From: an uncultured Candidatus Saccharibacteria bacterium | Lineage (GTDB): Bacteria > Patescibacteriota > Doudnabacteria > UBA920 | Length of the DNA stretch: 64,000 nucleotides | Reading direction: 5' to 3' | NCBI GenBank assembly: GCA_964532425.1 | Contig: CAZHIA010000002.1 | Location: 13,945 to 77,944, forward strand | In this document: positions 29,588-39,719 of the stretch, piece after piece | Numbering within the stretch: position 1 is the stretch's first letter | Layout of the letters: each line of letters opens with the position of its first letter | The notes under the pieces: generated by a model | Told to the model about the DNA's origin: nothing | Databases searched by the model: none | The model's input: the letters and a program-made list of their open reading frames with translations, nothing else | Made by a program: the position numbers and the translations under genes

Positions 29588-32053
29588 ATGCCCAAAGACT
29601 CCAAAACACCCCTCTCAGACAATGTCGGATTGATCCGACCGCGGACCATCGAGTCGGAAATGCAGGAGAGCTACCTGGACTACGCCATGAGTGTGATTGT
29701 CCAGCGCGCCCTGCCTGATGTCCGCGATGGTATCAAGCCAGTACACCGCCGCATCCTCTATGTCATGCATGAGCTCGGCTTGCGCCACAGCGCCAAATTC
29801 CGCAAATCCGCAGCTGTGGTCGGTGACGTGCTTGGTAAATATCACCCGCACGGCGATATTGCCGTATATGATTCCATGGTGCACATGGCGCAGACTTTTG
29901 CCATGCGCTACCCGCTCATCGACGGCCAAGGAAACTTCGGTTCCATGGACGGCGACGGTGCGGCTGCCATGCGGTACACCGAAGCCAGAATGTCGGCCCT
30001 CGCCGAAGAACTATTGACGGATATCGACAAAGACACCATCGACTGGCGCGATAACTACGATGCTACCCGGAAAGAACCTATTGTCCTGCCCGGCAAAGTT
30101 CCAAATCTGCTCCTCAACGGTACGCTCGGCATTGCCGTCGGTATGGCGACTGACATCCCGCCCCATAATTTGAGCGAGCTTTGCGATGCCATCGTCGCGC
30201 TTATTGAAGACCCGGATGTGACCGTGGAAGATTTATTGCAGTTCATCAAAGGGCCGGATTTCCCGACTGGCGGCATTATTTATGATATCAACGCCATCAA
30301 GAACGCCTATGCGACCGGCAAGGGTAGTATTGTTATGCGCGCCAAGACCGAAATTGTCGAGACCAAGACCGGCGCCTTCCAGATCCTCATCCATGAAATC
30401 CCGTACCGCGTCAACAAGGCCACCTTGCTCGAAAAGATTGCCGAACTGGTACGGGACAAAAAACTCGAAGGCATCCGCGACGTGCGCGACGAATCAGACA
30501 AGGACGGCGTCCGCGTGGTTGTCGACCTCAAGAAGGAAGCACTGCCGAACAAAATCCTCAACCAACTCTTCTCCTACACCCAGCTGCAGGAAACCTTCCA
30601 CATGAACATGTTGGCCCTGGTGGACGGCATCGAACCGCACGTACTGAACCTCAAGACCGTGCTGGAAAAGTATTTGGAACACCGCCAGATCGTCGTCCGC
30701 CGCCGCACCGAGTACGAACTCAGGAAAGCCAAGGAACGCGCCCACATTTTGGAAGGCTTGTCCAAGGCGCTCGACCACATCGACGAGATCATCAACACCA
30801 TCAAGAAAAGTCCGACCAAGGAAGAAGCCAAGGTCAACTTGATGAAGAAGTTCAAGTTTACCGAGATTCAGACTGACGCCATTTTAGAAATGCGCCTGCA
30901 GACCCTGGCTGGTTTGGAACGCAAGAAGATCGAGGACGAGTTGAAGGAAAAGAAAGCTCTCATCGCCGAACTCGAAGGCATTCTGCAGTCCAAGAAGAAG
31001 ATCCTTGGCATCATCAAAAAAGAAGTGACCGACCTTAAGGACCGCTTCGGCGACGAACGCCGCACGGCCGTGGTCAAGAACGCAGTCGGCACCTTCTCGG
31101 CTGAAGACCTGATTCCGGAAGAAAGTGTTATTATCACCATCACCAAGTCCGGCTACGTCAAGCGCCTCGCTCCGGACACCTACCGTTTGCAAAGCCGCGG
31201 CGGCAAAGGTGTTATTGGCCAGACCCTCAAGGAAGAGGATGCGGTGGACAAGCTGCTCTCGGCCAACACCCACGATGATATCCTGTTCTTTACCAACAAA
31301 GGCCGCGTCTTCCAGACCAAGGTGTATGAACTGCCCGAAGGCAGCCGCACCAGCCGCGGCCAGGCCCTGGTCAACTTCCTCCAGCTCGGGGCAGGGGAAA
31401 TCGCCACTTCGGTCCTGACCTTAGGTAAGAAAGACGACGCCAAATTCCTGGTCATGGCCACCAGAAACGGCCTTATCAAGAAGACGCCTCGCGAAGAGTT
31501 CACGAAGGTCCGCCGCTCCGGCATGATTGCCATCACCCTCAAGTCCGACGATGAACTCAAGTGGGTAGAATGCTCGGCCGGCGACGACCAGATTATACTC
31601 TCGACCGAAAATGGCCAGGCTATCCGCTTCAAGGAAAAGGATGTTCGCCCCATGGGCAGGAACGCCTCCGGTGTGACCGGTATGCGCCTTAAAAAAGACG
31701 ACAAGATCATCAGCATGGACGTTATCCGCAAGGATGTCGATGTGAAGAACCTGGAAGTGCTGGTTATTACCGAAAATGGCCTTGGCAAGAAGACCGACTT
31801 GTCCTTCTACAAAATCCAGAATCGCGCCGGCAGCGGCATCAAGACGCTGAAGGTCACCCCGAAGACCGGGCGCATCGTGTCCATGTACATCCTCGACAGC
31901 AAAGAAGAACACGACCTGGTCATGATCAGCAAGGCCGGCCAGACCATCCGCACCCCGCTCAACTCCGTTTCCACTTTGGGCCGGGCTACGCAAGGAGTCA
32001 GGGTTATGAGACTCGACGATGGAGACAAGGTTGCCAGTGCCACGATCATCTAA
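29588..32053 (+). CDS. gyrA: DNA gyrase subunit A
   Basis: [23 protein letters not shown], GyrA-box QSRGGKG, C-terminal pinwheel repeats. ORF-track start 29561 lies in the repeat. Confidence 0.97.
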   Translation: MPKDSKTPLSDNVGLIRPRTIESEMQESYLDYAMSVIVQRALPDVRDGIKPVHRRILYVMHELGLRHSAKFRKSAAVVGDVLGKYHPHGDIAVYDSMVHMAQTFAMRYPLIDGQGNFGSMDGDGAAAMRYTEARMSALAEELLTDIDKDTIDWRDNYDATRKEPIVLPGKVPNLLLNGTLGIAVGMATDIPPHNLSELCDAIVALIEDPDVTVEDLLQFIKGPDFPTGGIIYDINAIKNAYATGKGSIVMRAKTEIVETKTGAFQILIHEIPYRVNKATLLEKIAELVRDKKLEGIRDVRDESDKDGVRVVVDLKKEALPNKILNQLFSYTQLQETFHMNMLALVDGIEPHVLNLKTVLEKYLEHRQIVVRRRTEYELRKAKERAHILEGLSKALDHIDEIINTIKKSPTKEEAKVNLMKKFKFTEIQTDAILEMRLQTLAGLERKKIEDELKEKKALIAELEGILQSKKKILGIIKKEVTDLKDRFGDERRTAVVKNAVGTFSAEDLIPEESVIITITKSGYVKRLAPDTYRLQSRGGKGVIGQTLKEEDAVDKLLSANTHDDILFFTNKGRVFQTKVYELPEGSRTSRGQALVNFLQLGAGEIATSVLTLGKKDDAKFLVMATRNGLIKKTPREEFTKVRRSGMIAITLKSDDELKWVECSAGDDQIILSTENGQAIRFKEKDVRPMGRNASGVTGMRLKKDDKIISMDVIRKDVDVKNLEVLVITENGLGKKTDLSFYKIQNRAGSGIKTLKVTPKTGRIVSMYILDSKEEHDLVMISKAGQTIRTPLNSVSTLGRATQGVRVMRLDDGDKVASATII

Positions 32054-32062
32054 TGTTTTCTC

Positions 32063-32090
32063 GTAGGGGACGGTCGCGACCGTCCCCTAC
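32063..32090. repeat. GTAG-type REP-like palindrome
   Basis: GTAGGGGACGGTCGCGACCGTCCCCTAC, perfect palindrome. Confidence 0.75.
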
Positions 32091-32103
32091 ATTTTTTTAT
32101 CAC

Positions 32104-32697
32104 ATGATCACTACCATCATTTTCGACTTCGGCGGCGTCATCGCCACAGACACCATCGATTTATTCGAACAAAAGTTTCAATTCAACCGCTTACCGCCGA
32201 AAAAACGCGTCATATATGAGAATGCTGTCAAACAGTGCGAGCTCGGCCGTATCAGTAGGCAAGGGTTATTTGTAGTTATGCGGGAAATATTTACTCCCCA
32301 TCTCAGTACAACAGAAATAGAACGCTGGTTGCTCGACCATGCCAAAACCCTTCCTCCCTACCGACTAATCGGCAAGCTGCGCAAAAACTACCGCATCATG
32401 ATCATTTCCAACAACTTCAAACATTGGCCGGCCAAAATGTGCAAAAGCTTAGACATCACACTTACCGGCATCCCGTTCGTCAACTCCGCCCTTATTGGCA
32501 GCCGCAAACAGGATGGTGCTGCCTTCCGCTATGCGATAAAAGAATACAAACTGGACCCCTCATCCTGTGTATTCATCGACGACCGGCCGTACAACATAAA
32601 ACCGGCCAAACATTTGGAGTTTAAAACCATTTTATATAAAGGCAATATTACTGATCTCAAATCCCAACTTAAAAAAGCCGGAATTACAACCCTTTAA
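32104..32697 (+). CDS. HAD-superfamily hydrolase
   Basis: IIFDFGGVI, ISN, K and FIDD motifs. Confidence 0.85.
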   Translation: MITTIIFDFGGVIATDTIDLFEQKFQFNRLPPKKRVIYENAVKQCELGRISRQGLFVVMREIFTPHLSTTEIERWLLDHAKTLPPYRLIGKLRKNYRIMIISNNFKHWPAKMCKSLDITLTGIPFVNSALIGSRKQDGAAFRYAIKEYKLDPSSCVFIDDRPYNIKPAKHLEFKTILYKGNITDLKSQLKKAGITTL

Positions 32698-32733
32698 AAG
32701 AACCGGGGAATGTTTTATAATACCCTAAGCTAT

Positions 32734-32809
32734 GGGCGTATAGCTCAGTTGGTAGAGCGGACGTCTTATACACGTCTGGTCCTAGGTTCGAGTCCTAGTA
32801 CGCCCACCA
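32734..32809 (+). tRNA. tRNA-Ile(TAT)
   Basis: gggcgtatagctcagttggtagagcg-gacgt-ctTATac-acgtc-tggtcctaggttcgagtcctagtacgcccacca. Confidence 0.9.
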
Positions 32810-32886
32810 CTGACAAACCTTGTAAACTCCCCTGAAGGGGAGTTTTTTGGTATAATATAAATGTCAAAACACTGATAGAAACAAAA

Positions 32887-34503
32887 ATGCCTCTGAAAAA
32901 GAATTTAAGTATTGCGGTACTTATTTTGGTGGCGGCCATGCTGGTCGCCAGCGTTTTTGCGTTCAAAGGAAGCCAGCAACCACCGATCCAACAACCACTG
33001 TCACAGGACGAGGTCGCCAAACTGGTCAAGCCTTCCGTGGTCCGCATTATCAGCCACATTACCGGGCATGTCACCATACCCGCGTTTGATTTTAACACCT
33101 CCGACCTATCCTTCGCTCCTATTCCCGGCAAAACCTTCAAAGATGAAGATGTGAATGAGTATTACTCAGGGAGCGGGTTCATTGTCAATCCTGACGGCTA
33201 CATCGTAACCAACTCCCACGTGGTCTCATTGGAAACCCTAAAAAACGACTACATTGAACAGATTGGGGAGAAAGTTATTGATGACAAAACAAAAGACCTG
33301 ACCGACGCCCAGCTGTTGGAGATTTTCAAGGACCGGGAGACGGCGTTTGACTTCCAGAACCGGCTGGTAGCGTTCGTCAAAAGCCGCAGCACGTTCAAAC
33401 TCACTTCAACCATAACCGTTCTCAACCCCACTTCCCAATACGAATCCCTTAAAGACCTTATCGCATTTGGCTTTCCCGCCACCACAGTCAGCGTAAACGA
33501 CAATTATTGGGATGATGAAAAAGATGTGGCATTGATCCACATCAACCAAAAAGACTTGCCAGCCATGGCGATCGGTGATTCGGCAGCTGCCAATGTCGGC
33601 GAACGCATTGTCGTGTTCGGTTTCCCGGCCACGGCGGAATTCAACAGCAGAAACCCGCTTGAATCGACCTTTACCCAGGGGATTATTAGCGCGAGCAAAT
33701 ATTCGGAAGGCAAGGACTTTTCCATTCTCCAGACCGACGCAAAAATATCAGAAGGCTCAAGCGGCGGCCCGTTACTGGACAATACAGGCAACGCCATCGG
33801 CATCATCACGTTTCAAACCGGGTCCGGAAACCGGGACGCAGGCGATAATTTTGCCTTTGCCCTGCCCACACAGCTGATTACCACCATGCTGGACAAAAAC
33901 GGCGTTACAAACCAGCCGGGCAGCTACTATCAGCATTTTCAGCAAGGCCTGTTCCTCTACCACGCAGGCATGTGCCAGGAAGCATTGAAAGAACTCGCCG
34001 CAGCCGCGGCCAATTCCGCCTTTGGGGCGGACCGAGCTACCAAGCCGTATGTCGAAAAATGCGGGCAACTGATCGCGAGCGGAAAATCCGTAGATACGAC
34101 ATGGCAGCGCAATTTAAGCAAACTCAAGACAGTCAACGGATTCGCCTGGTTTGTCATACTCGGCAGACTACTGTTGGTTGCCATCGGCATGTGGTGCATC
34201 ACTATCTTGGTCAAACAAATGAACCGAGATGAGCAGGAGATCACTGTCATTTCAGAAAGTCTGGCGGAAGAAAAGCGGCTCGCCGCGCGTTTATTGGAAG
34301 AGCTGGGCAAGCGGGGCATTATACTTCCCGTGCCCGATGAAGAAATCCACGCCGAGCACCGGATAGCCCTGGATATCCCTCACCCCCACCTCCAGGAATT
34401 CGTTCAGGAAGCCAGGTCAGTTGGATTAAAAGATGAGCAGATCGCGGAAGAATTGAAGAAGGTCAGTTGGGATCCCGGTGAGATTGCCGCCGCCTTAAAA
34501 TAG
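32887..34503 (+). CDS. Membrane-anchored trypsin-like (HtrA/S1C-like) serine protease
   Basis: GSGFIVNPDGYIVTNSHVV, KDVALI and ISEGSSGGPL catalytic-triad motifs, N- and C-terminal TM segments. Confidence 0.9.
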   Translation: MPLKKNLSIAVLILVAAMLVASVFAFKGSQQPPIQQPLSQDEVAKLVKPSVVRIISHITGHVTIPAFDFNTSDLSFAPIPGKTFKDEDVNEYYSGSGFIVNPDGYIVTNSHVVSLETLKNDYIEQIGEKVIDDKTKDLTDAQLLEIFKDRETAFDFQNRLVAFVKSRSTFKLTSTITVLNPTSQYESLKDLIAFGFPATTVSVNDNYWDDEKDVALIHINQKDLPAMAIGDSAAANVGERIVVFGFPATAEFNSRNPLESTFTQGIISASKYSEGKDFSILQTDAKISEGSSGGPLLDNTGNAIGIITFQTGSGNRDAGDNFAFALPTQLITTMLDKNGVTNQPGSYYQHFQQGLFLYHAGMCQEALKELAAAAANSAFGADRATKPYVEKCGQLIASGKSVDTTWQRNLSKLKTVNGFAWFVILGRLLLVAIGMWCITILVKQMNRDEQEITVISESLAEEKRLAARLLEELGKRGIILPVPDEEIHAEHRIALDIPHPHLQEFVQEARSVGLKDEQIAEELKKVSWDPGEIAAALK

Positions 34504-34518
34504 CAGTATACTACCCGC

Positions 34519-34710
34519 ATGCCTGCAGGAGGATCGTTCGTTCTTAAGCTGGACACCATTGCCGCCGCCGCTGCCCAGCTGCTGCAGTGGCTTGATTCCG
34601 CCTACCGGATGCTATCACCAATGGCCTGGGAACTCATTCTCACGCTCTTTGCCCTCTTAGCATACCTGGTCTACCAAAGCTACCGGAACCCTTCGGATGA
34701 AGAAACCTAA
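34519..34710 (+). CDS. Small hypothetical membrane protein
   Basis: 63-aa ORF with a TM segment, terminator-like hairpin downstream. Confidence 0.4.
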   Translation: MPAGGSFVLKLDTIAAAAAQLLQWLDSAYRMLSPMAWELILTLFALLAYLVYQSYRNPSDEET

Positions 34711-34790
34711 AAACTGGACACCTGATCCTGTTAAGAACACCTCATAACCTTTCCCCGCCACCTCGCACGGTGGCGGGGTTTTATATATTA

Positions 34791-34870
34791 TTCCTACGAA
34801 CTTACGAATTACTCGAACTGCGAATAACGCACTAGTTCGTATCTCGCTTTTGTTCGTAAGTTCGTAGGAA
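34791..34870. repeat. Tandem-unit inverted-arm element (8-nt cttacgaa)
   Basis: Perfect 18-bp terminal IR TTCCTACGAACTTACGAA / TTCGTAAGTTCGTAGGAA. Confidence 0.85.
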
Positions 34871-35013
34871 CTGAGCCATCCATTTCAGATAAAAGATACT
34901 CTTATGACTTTATTATCTCCTTATAGGCCAAGTTGACATCGAAACGGATTAAGATTATCCTGACCTGTAGCGCAAAAACGGTTAGACCGTCAGTAAATAT
35001 GTAAGGAGGGATA

Positions 35014-35442
35014 ATGAAACAGATCGCATTAATGGCACTGGTCGTACTCGGTTCCTGCTCGGCGATTTCATGCATAGCCTGGCATTCAGGGCCGGTCCAC
35101 GGCGGAGCAGGAGGCATTGCCGTTCCAGGAAAGATATGGCGGACGAAGAAAGACACCCTAAATCTTCAGACCGTCGAAGGGGTGGTGACCAAAGCCGAAC
35201 CCATGCTGCTTACCACCACGCTCACCGACCTAAGCGGAGCAGCCGCCACCAGCCAGAACGTCAGCCCGCCGCTCGACGCCGTTCGACTCACTTTTGAAGA
35301 CAACACGACCATGGTCTTTGTCGGGGCCGAAGCCCGTATATTCGAACCTAAAAAGTACCACGAGATCGAGTTTGTAACAGAAGGAACCATAAACCGCATC
35401 CGCGGTCTCGCGATTGAAGGGAAGGAGATAAAACTCCGCTGA
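35014..35442 (+). CDS. Hypothetical exported protein
   Basis: AAGGAGGG SD, signal-like N-terminus, terminator downstream. Confidence 0.65.
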   Translation: MKQIALMALVVLGSCSAISCIAWHSGPVHGGAGGIAVPGKIWRTKKDTLNLQTVEGVVTKAEPMLLTTTLTDLSGAAATSQNVSPPLDAVRLTFEDNTTMVFVGAEARIFEPKKYHEIEFVTEGTINRIRGLAIEGKEIKLR

Positions 35443-35589
35443 CCACCTCCGGGTGGTCTTTTTATATAGATGAGAATTGAAGAACGTAGATCAGGAGCGG
35501 ACCGAAATATAGTCCATTAAAAATATAATTTTGGCCAGGAACATCCGTCTGTTGTACTGCAACTCTTAATTACAAGGAGCTTCCCATAT

Positions 35590-36114
35590 ATGCCTAATGT
35601 TGTCGGTGTTTTCCGCGATACCCATGCGGCTGAGCAGGCGATTACCCAGCTGCGTGAAAACGGGGTGGCGGATAAGAATATTTCGTTTGCATTTATTAAC
35701 AAAGAAGGAAAAACCGAAACCCAAACCGCAACCGGGGAACATGTGGCCTCAGGAGCCGCATCCGGCATCGGCACCGGAGCTATTATCGGGGCGATTGCCG
35801 GCCTGGCGGTGGCAAACGGGATCCTGCCAGGACTTGGAACAATTTTTGTAGGCGGTGCGCTCGCCACCAGCCTAGGCCTCACCGGCGCAGCAGCCACCAC
35901 CGCAGCCGGAGCCATTACCGGCGCAGCAGCAGGCGGGGTTATTGGCGCATTTACCGGCCTGGGCATGAAAGATGAAGATGCCCGTCGCTATGAAGAACGG
36001 GTAAAAAACGGTGACGTGGTCGTCATTGCCCACACGGATGATCCGGATGCAAAAACCGTTATGGAACAGCATGGTGCCGAAGATGTCAATGAATATGAAA
36101 CTACAACTGCATAA
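35590..36114 (+). CDS. General stress protein-like (YflT-type) membrane protein
   Basis: VVGVF...AEQAI..L..G, Gly/Ala-rich hydrophobic core, LGM.DEDARRYEERVKNG. Confidence 0.8.
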   Translation: MPNVVGVFRDTHAAEQAITQLRENGVADKNISFAFINKEGKTETQTATGEHVASGAASGIGTGAIIGAIAGLAVANGILPGLGTIFVGGALATSLGLTGAAATTAAGAITGAAAGGVIGAFTGLGMKDEDARRYEERVKNGDVVVIAHTDDPDAKTVMEQHGAEDVNEYETTTA

Positions 36115-36147
36115 AAAACGGCTACCTGGTTCCAGGTAGCCGTTTTG

Positions 36148-36612
36148 TCATTTGATGCCGCCATTTCGGCGGCTCTCAATTTCCATGAACCTGGCAATGA
36201 CCTGGTAATGGGAAAATCCCACATCAGCCGGATTAAGTTCGCGTGGCCGTACCAGTGCAATTCCATGCACCTCAGTTGGATTTGGCCGAAGAGCAGGCCA
36301 CGAAGCGAGGCGGAGCACATACACCTGCGAAATATGCCTACCCGGGCGAGGATCGAGATTTTCAAGCTCCATAAAGAACTCTAAATCTCCCTGATCGGAC
36401 ACCAGTAGTCCAAGCTCTTCGCGCAACTCGCGGCAGCACGCGCTCTCAAAAGTCAGATCACCCGGTTCCACGTGGCCGCCCGGCAATACCAACTTGTCGA
36501 GGAACGGCTCTGTCCCGCGCCGTATCAGCAGCACGCGGCCATCCGGAACCACAATCAAGCAATCCACCGTGTGCACAATGGGAGCTGTGGCGTTATAAGA
36601 ACGAGACATCAA
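36148..36612 (-). CDS. NUDIX hydrolase
   Basis: LPGGHVEPGD..ESACCRELREELGL Nudix box. Confidence 0.9.
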   Translation of the reverse strand: MMSRSYNATAPIVHTVDCLIVVPDGRVLLIRRGTEPFLDKLVLPGGHVEPGDLTFESACCRELREELGLLVSDQGDLEFFMELENLDPRPGRHISQVYVLRLASWPALRPNPTEVHGIALVRPRELNPADVGFSHYQVIARFMEIESRRNGGIK

Positions 36613-36905
36613 CCACCCCTCCTTTCCATGAGATCATTCTGCTCTTTTTTCTTCTTCATCTCCCAAGGCGTAATGCCAATTTGCCATTCAGGATACAACA
36701 GCTGCCCGCAACTCGGGCACCGCAGGGAGTAGTGCCACTGGCCGTCACAATCCTCGCGCATGACAATGTCATCCAGAGTGATCTCAATAACTGCAAAACA
36801 GCCATCCACCCGGTTGAGCCCTCCAGCCCAGGCACAGACCGGGTGGGCGCAGCGCACCTTTACAGTCCAGGGAGCAGGGGACTTGCCTTCCAGTATCGTT
36901 GCCAT
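36609..36905 (-). CDS. Hypothetical Cys-rich (possible zinc-binding) protein
   Basis: CAHPVC..GC..CPSC, AAAGGAGG SD, overlaps the NUDIX start. Confidence 0.65.
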   Translation of the reverse strand: MATILEGKSPAPWTVKVRCAHPVCAWAGGLNRVDGCFAVIEITLDDIVMREDCDGQWHYSLRCPSCGQLLYPEWQIGITPWEMKKKKEQNDLMERRGG

Positions 36906-37063
36906 AATCCTCCTTTACTCTTTTAATGAGCCTCACATTTGCAGTATTGCACAGGTGGGGAATAAAAGTGGATAACTTTTCGGTGTTTGTTTGCAAGAAA
37001 ATATTAAAACCTTTAAAGTAAAAGGGTAATTGAGTGTAAATTATTACGAAATTTTTCGTAATT

Positions 37064-37831
37064 ATGGTAGATTTCTCTCAAAACAAGGAGATCTCAGAGG
37101 TACTGGCTGGCTTTGGTCTGCATGATACAGACCAGCGGGTATATCTCGCTGCGCTTCCACTCGGACAAACCAATCTGGTTCCTCTGGCCCAAGCTGCATC
37201 ACTGCCGCTGACCACCGTCCAATCCATCGCCCAACGCCTGGAAAGACGGGGATTTTTCCTCGTAAGCAAAAAAGGATCACGCTCTACTTACGAGGCGGCC
37301 GACCCCGCCATGCTCGAACAGATCTTGTCGCGGCAAACCCGGGATCTCAAAGCCATAACCCCGCTGCTGGCCAGCCTAAAAGAACACAAAGGTGGGGAGG
37401 CGGGCATCCGCGTCTACCGCGGCGAGCGCATGCGCGATATTTTTTATGAGATTTTAAACAGCCGGGAAAAAATAGTTTATGAGATAGTCTCAGCCAAGGA
37501 CATCCAGGCTATCATGGGGGAAAAATTGCACTTCAGCAGACGGCGGGTTGAAAAGGGTATCCACTTAAAGAGCCTGCGTATTGAAAACAAGGAGATTAAG
37601 AAATACTCGCCCCGCATCCACGCCAAAGAACTGCGCGAGGCGCGCTTTCTGCCTAAGGAATTGGCTTTTAAGACCTCAATCATCCTTTGGGGAACCAGTA
37701 TTGCCTACTTTACTACCTACGAAGAAGGCCTGGCCTGGACCGTGCAGAGCAATGCCATGGCCGAGAGTTTCAAGCAACTGTTCAACCTGTTATGGATGAT
37801 CAGCCGACCAATGATCACCCTGAAAGAATAA
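37064..37831 (+). CDS. TrmB-family transcriptional regulator
   Basis: GL.DTDQRVYLAAL.LG..LAQAASLPLTTV wHTH plus TrmB-like C-terminal domain. Confidence 0.8.
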   Translation: MVDFSQNKEISEVLAGFGLHDTDQRVYLAALPLGQTNLVPLAQAASLPLTTVQSIAQRLERRGFFLVSKKGSRSTYEAADPAMLEQILSRQTRDLKAITPLLASLKEHKGGEAGIRVYRGERMRDIFYEILNSREKIVYEIVSAKDIQAIMGEKLHFSRRRVEKGIHLKSLRIENKEIKKYSPRIHAKELREARFLPKELAFKTSIILWGTSIAYFTTYEEGLAWTVQSNAMAESFKQLFNLLWMISRPMITLKE

Positions 37832-37854
37832 TCTTAAGAATTTTTTTTTTGCTC

Positions 37855-37896
37855 TTTGTGGGGAAGCACTCACAATTGTGAGTGCTTCCCCACAAA
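37855..37896. repeat. Perfect 42-bp palindrome
   Basis: TTTGTGGGGAAGCACTCACAA|TTGTGAGTGCTTCCCCACAAA. Confidence 0.9.
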
Positions 37897-38025
37897 ATTC
37901 AATCGCATATTATTTGTTATAAGATGCACTTATACAACCCCCTCTAAAAGCAAACTGAAATTGTATGCCCCATAATAAAAAGCCTACTAAAGCCAAAAAA
38001 GGCTCGTTCGGCGAAGATTGAGGTG

Positions 38026-38211
38026 CTACTGGCGGGTAAATACGGCCAGACCGAGCAAGGTGCAGCCAGCAAGTCTCGCGGAGAGATTGTAGGCGCCTGG
38101 CAGAAATAGACCTGTGCTCACACAGATTAAAGCAAGGCCTATATAACCCAGGGCAACATACATCCTATGCGGCTCATGCAGATGGTCGTACCACATCCAT
38201 ATCTTTTTCAT
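38026..38211 (-). CDS. Small membrane hypothetical protein
   Basis: GGAAGGAGG SD before MKKIWMW, two hydrophobic segments. Confidence 0.55.
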   Translation of the reverse strand: MKKIWMWYDHLHEPHRMYVALGYIGLALICVSTGLFLPGAYNLSARLAGCTLLGLAVFTRQ

Positions 38212-38294
38212 ATAGCCTCCTTCCAGAGACAGCATACCGACACCAAAAAAAGTCCGCAAGCCTAGACAACCTCTGAAAAATTTGCTATAATATA

Positions 38295-38488
38295 TATAGA
38301 AAAGTTCCTTTCACTCTGCTGCCAACTAGGTAACAGGGCGGAAACAAAAATCAAATAGCAAAATCCACCACTTATCCAATGTAGTCCCGACATTTTGTCG
38401 GGATGACCTTATTGCCCCACTGTACCGGGGCAAAGAGTTGACCAGTGTTTTTGGCTCAATTCACAGTTGTTCTTAGAACTTTTCTATA
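38295..38488 (+). ncRNA. Putative stand-alone structured ncRNA (~190 nt)
   Basis: Promoter TAGACA-17-TATAAT (38263-38291), 13-bp closing stem, internal hairpins, terminator at 38489-38519, no ORF. Confidence 0.55.
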
Positions 38489-38561
38489 AAAACCCCCTCC
38501 GCACTTTCCGGGGGTTTTTAATTTTGTTGATTTGGTATAAAATATAAAAGCTTAAAAATTA

Positions 38562-38658
38562 ATATGCAAATCAACAGATTAGAACAAATTTACAAATAAC
38601 TACAGATCAAAATCCATCTGTAGATATCTGTATTTCTACATCCATCTGCATATCTGTT
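38562..38658. repeat. Tandem-unit inverted-arm element (acagat / atctgt)
   Basis: aacagatt..tacaaat..ctacagat / atctgtag atatctgta..atctgcat atctgt, ends ~6 nt before ATG. Confidence 0.65.
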
Positions 38659-38664
38659 AACCAT

Positions 38665-38943
38665 ATGGACCAAGAAGACATCAAAGACCTGTTTGAAGAG
38701 AAGTACGAAGATCGCATCGGAATGAACTACCAGGAATGGCTGGAACAGGGACCGCAAAATGAAGCCGAAGCCTACGCCCGCCTGCAGGAAATTGACGACG
38801 AGCTGACCAGCACCTATGAAGAATGGTATGAAGCTGTCGGCGAAAAGAAAGACGAGATGGAAGAACACCGGGACCGGTTAAAAGCCGAGTATGATCTAAT
38901 CGAAGAATCGTTCGGACTTGAGGCAGGGGATAAGGGATGGTAA
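38665..38943 (+). CDS. Highly acidic hypothetical protein
   Basis: 92 aa, about one third Asp/Glu, first gene of the rsmI run. Confidence 0.75.
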   Translation: MDQEDIKDLFEEKYEDRIGMNYQEWLEQGPQNEAEAYARLQEIDDELTSTYEEWYEAVGEKKDEMEEHRDRLKAEYDLIEESFGLEAGDKGW

Positions 38944-38946
38944 GTT

Positions 38947-39048
38947 AAATGACAAAAATTAAAAAAATGACATAATTGACAAAATGTAAACACCCGACTG
39001 CTATCTATTTTTTGTCAATTTTGTTCAATTATGTCATTTATGTCAATT
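38947..39048. repeat. Tandem-unit inverted-arm element (9-nt aattgacaa / ttgtcaatt)
   Basis: 4 units per arm between stop 38943 and ATG 39054. Confidence 0.85.
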
Positions 39049-39053
39049 ACCCT

Positions 39054-39719
39054 ATGCTCTACGTTTTAGCTACTCCAATTGGAAACTTAAAAGATATCAC
39101 CCTTCGCGCAATTGAAACCTTGAAAAGTTGTGATTTTGTGATTGCCGAAAATCCCAGCTATACCAAGCGCTTGCTGGACCACTTTGAGATCGGCCAAAAA
39201 AAGACCATGCAATTCGCCGAGCATAATGAGCAGAAAGTGCTGCCAGGACTTATTGGCTTGCTGGAAAAGCAGAACGGCTGCCTGCTGACTGATGCGGGTA
39301 CGCCGGGAATTTCCGATCCAGGCTTCCGGCTCGTGCGGGAATGCGTGCAGGAAAATATCCAAGTAGTTCCCATCCCCGGGGCTAGCGCAGCCATTACCGC
39401 GCTGTGTGCATCAGGCCTGCCGACCGACAAATTCCTGTTCTTCGGCTTTTTACCCAAAACCGAGATCAAAGTCATGAAAGCCATGGTCGAAGCCAAGACC
39501 ATCGAAGCCACGGCAGTGTTCTACGAATCCCCTGAACGTATTATAAAAACGATTAGTTTTGTAAAAAAAGCCTACCCCGGATGCAATGTCGTCATTGCGC
39601 GAGAGCTGACTAAAATGCATGAAGAGTTTATCCGCGGAACAGCCACAGAAGTCTTGGGAATTCTCCAGAAAAAAGGTAAAGTGAAGGGGGAGATTGTGGT
39701 GCTCGTTTCATTTAAATGA
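39054..39719 (+). CDS. rsmI: 16S rRNA (cytidine1402-2'-O)-methyltransferase
   Basis: LYVLATPIGNLKDITLRA, DAGTPGISDPG, FYESPER and ARELTKMHEE motifs. Confidence 0.95.
   Translation: MLYVLATPIGNLKDITLRAIETLKSCDFVIAENPSYTKRLLDHFEIGQKKTMQFAEHNEQKVLPGLIGLLEKQNGCLLTDAGTPGISDPGFRLVRECVQENIQVVPIPGASAAITALCASGLPTDKFLFFGFLPKTEIKVMKAMVEAKTIEATAVFYESPERIIKTISFVKKAYPGCNVVIARELTKMHEEFIRGTATEVLGILQKKGKVKGEIVVLVSFK

Noticed and set aside
38295-38488. tmRNA (GCA AAA TCC ACC ACT TAT CCA ATG TAG resembles a resume frame)
   Set aside because: No GGGG 5' end, no T-arm/CCA tRNA-like domain, and the peptide lacks a typical Ala-rich tag end
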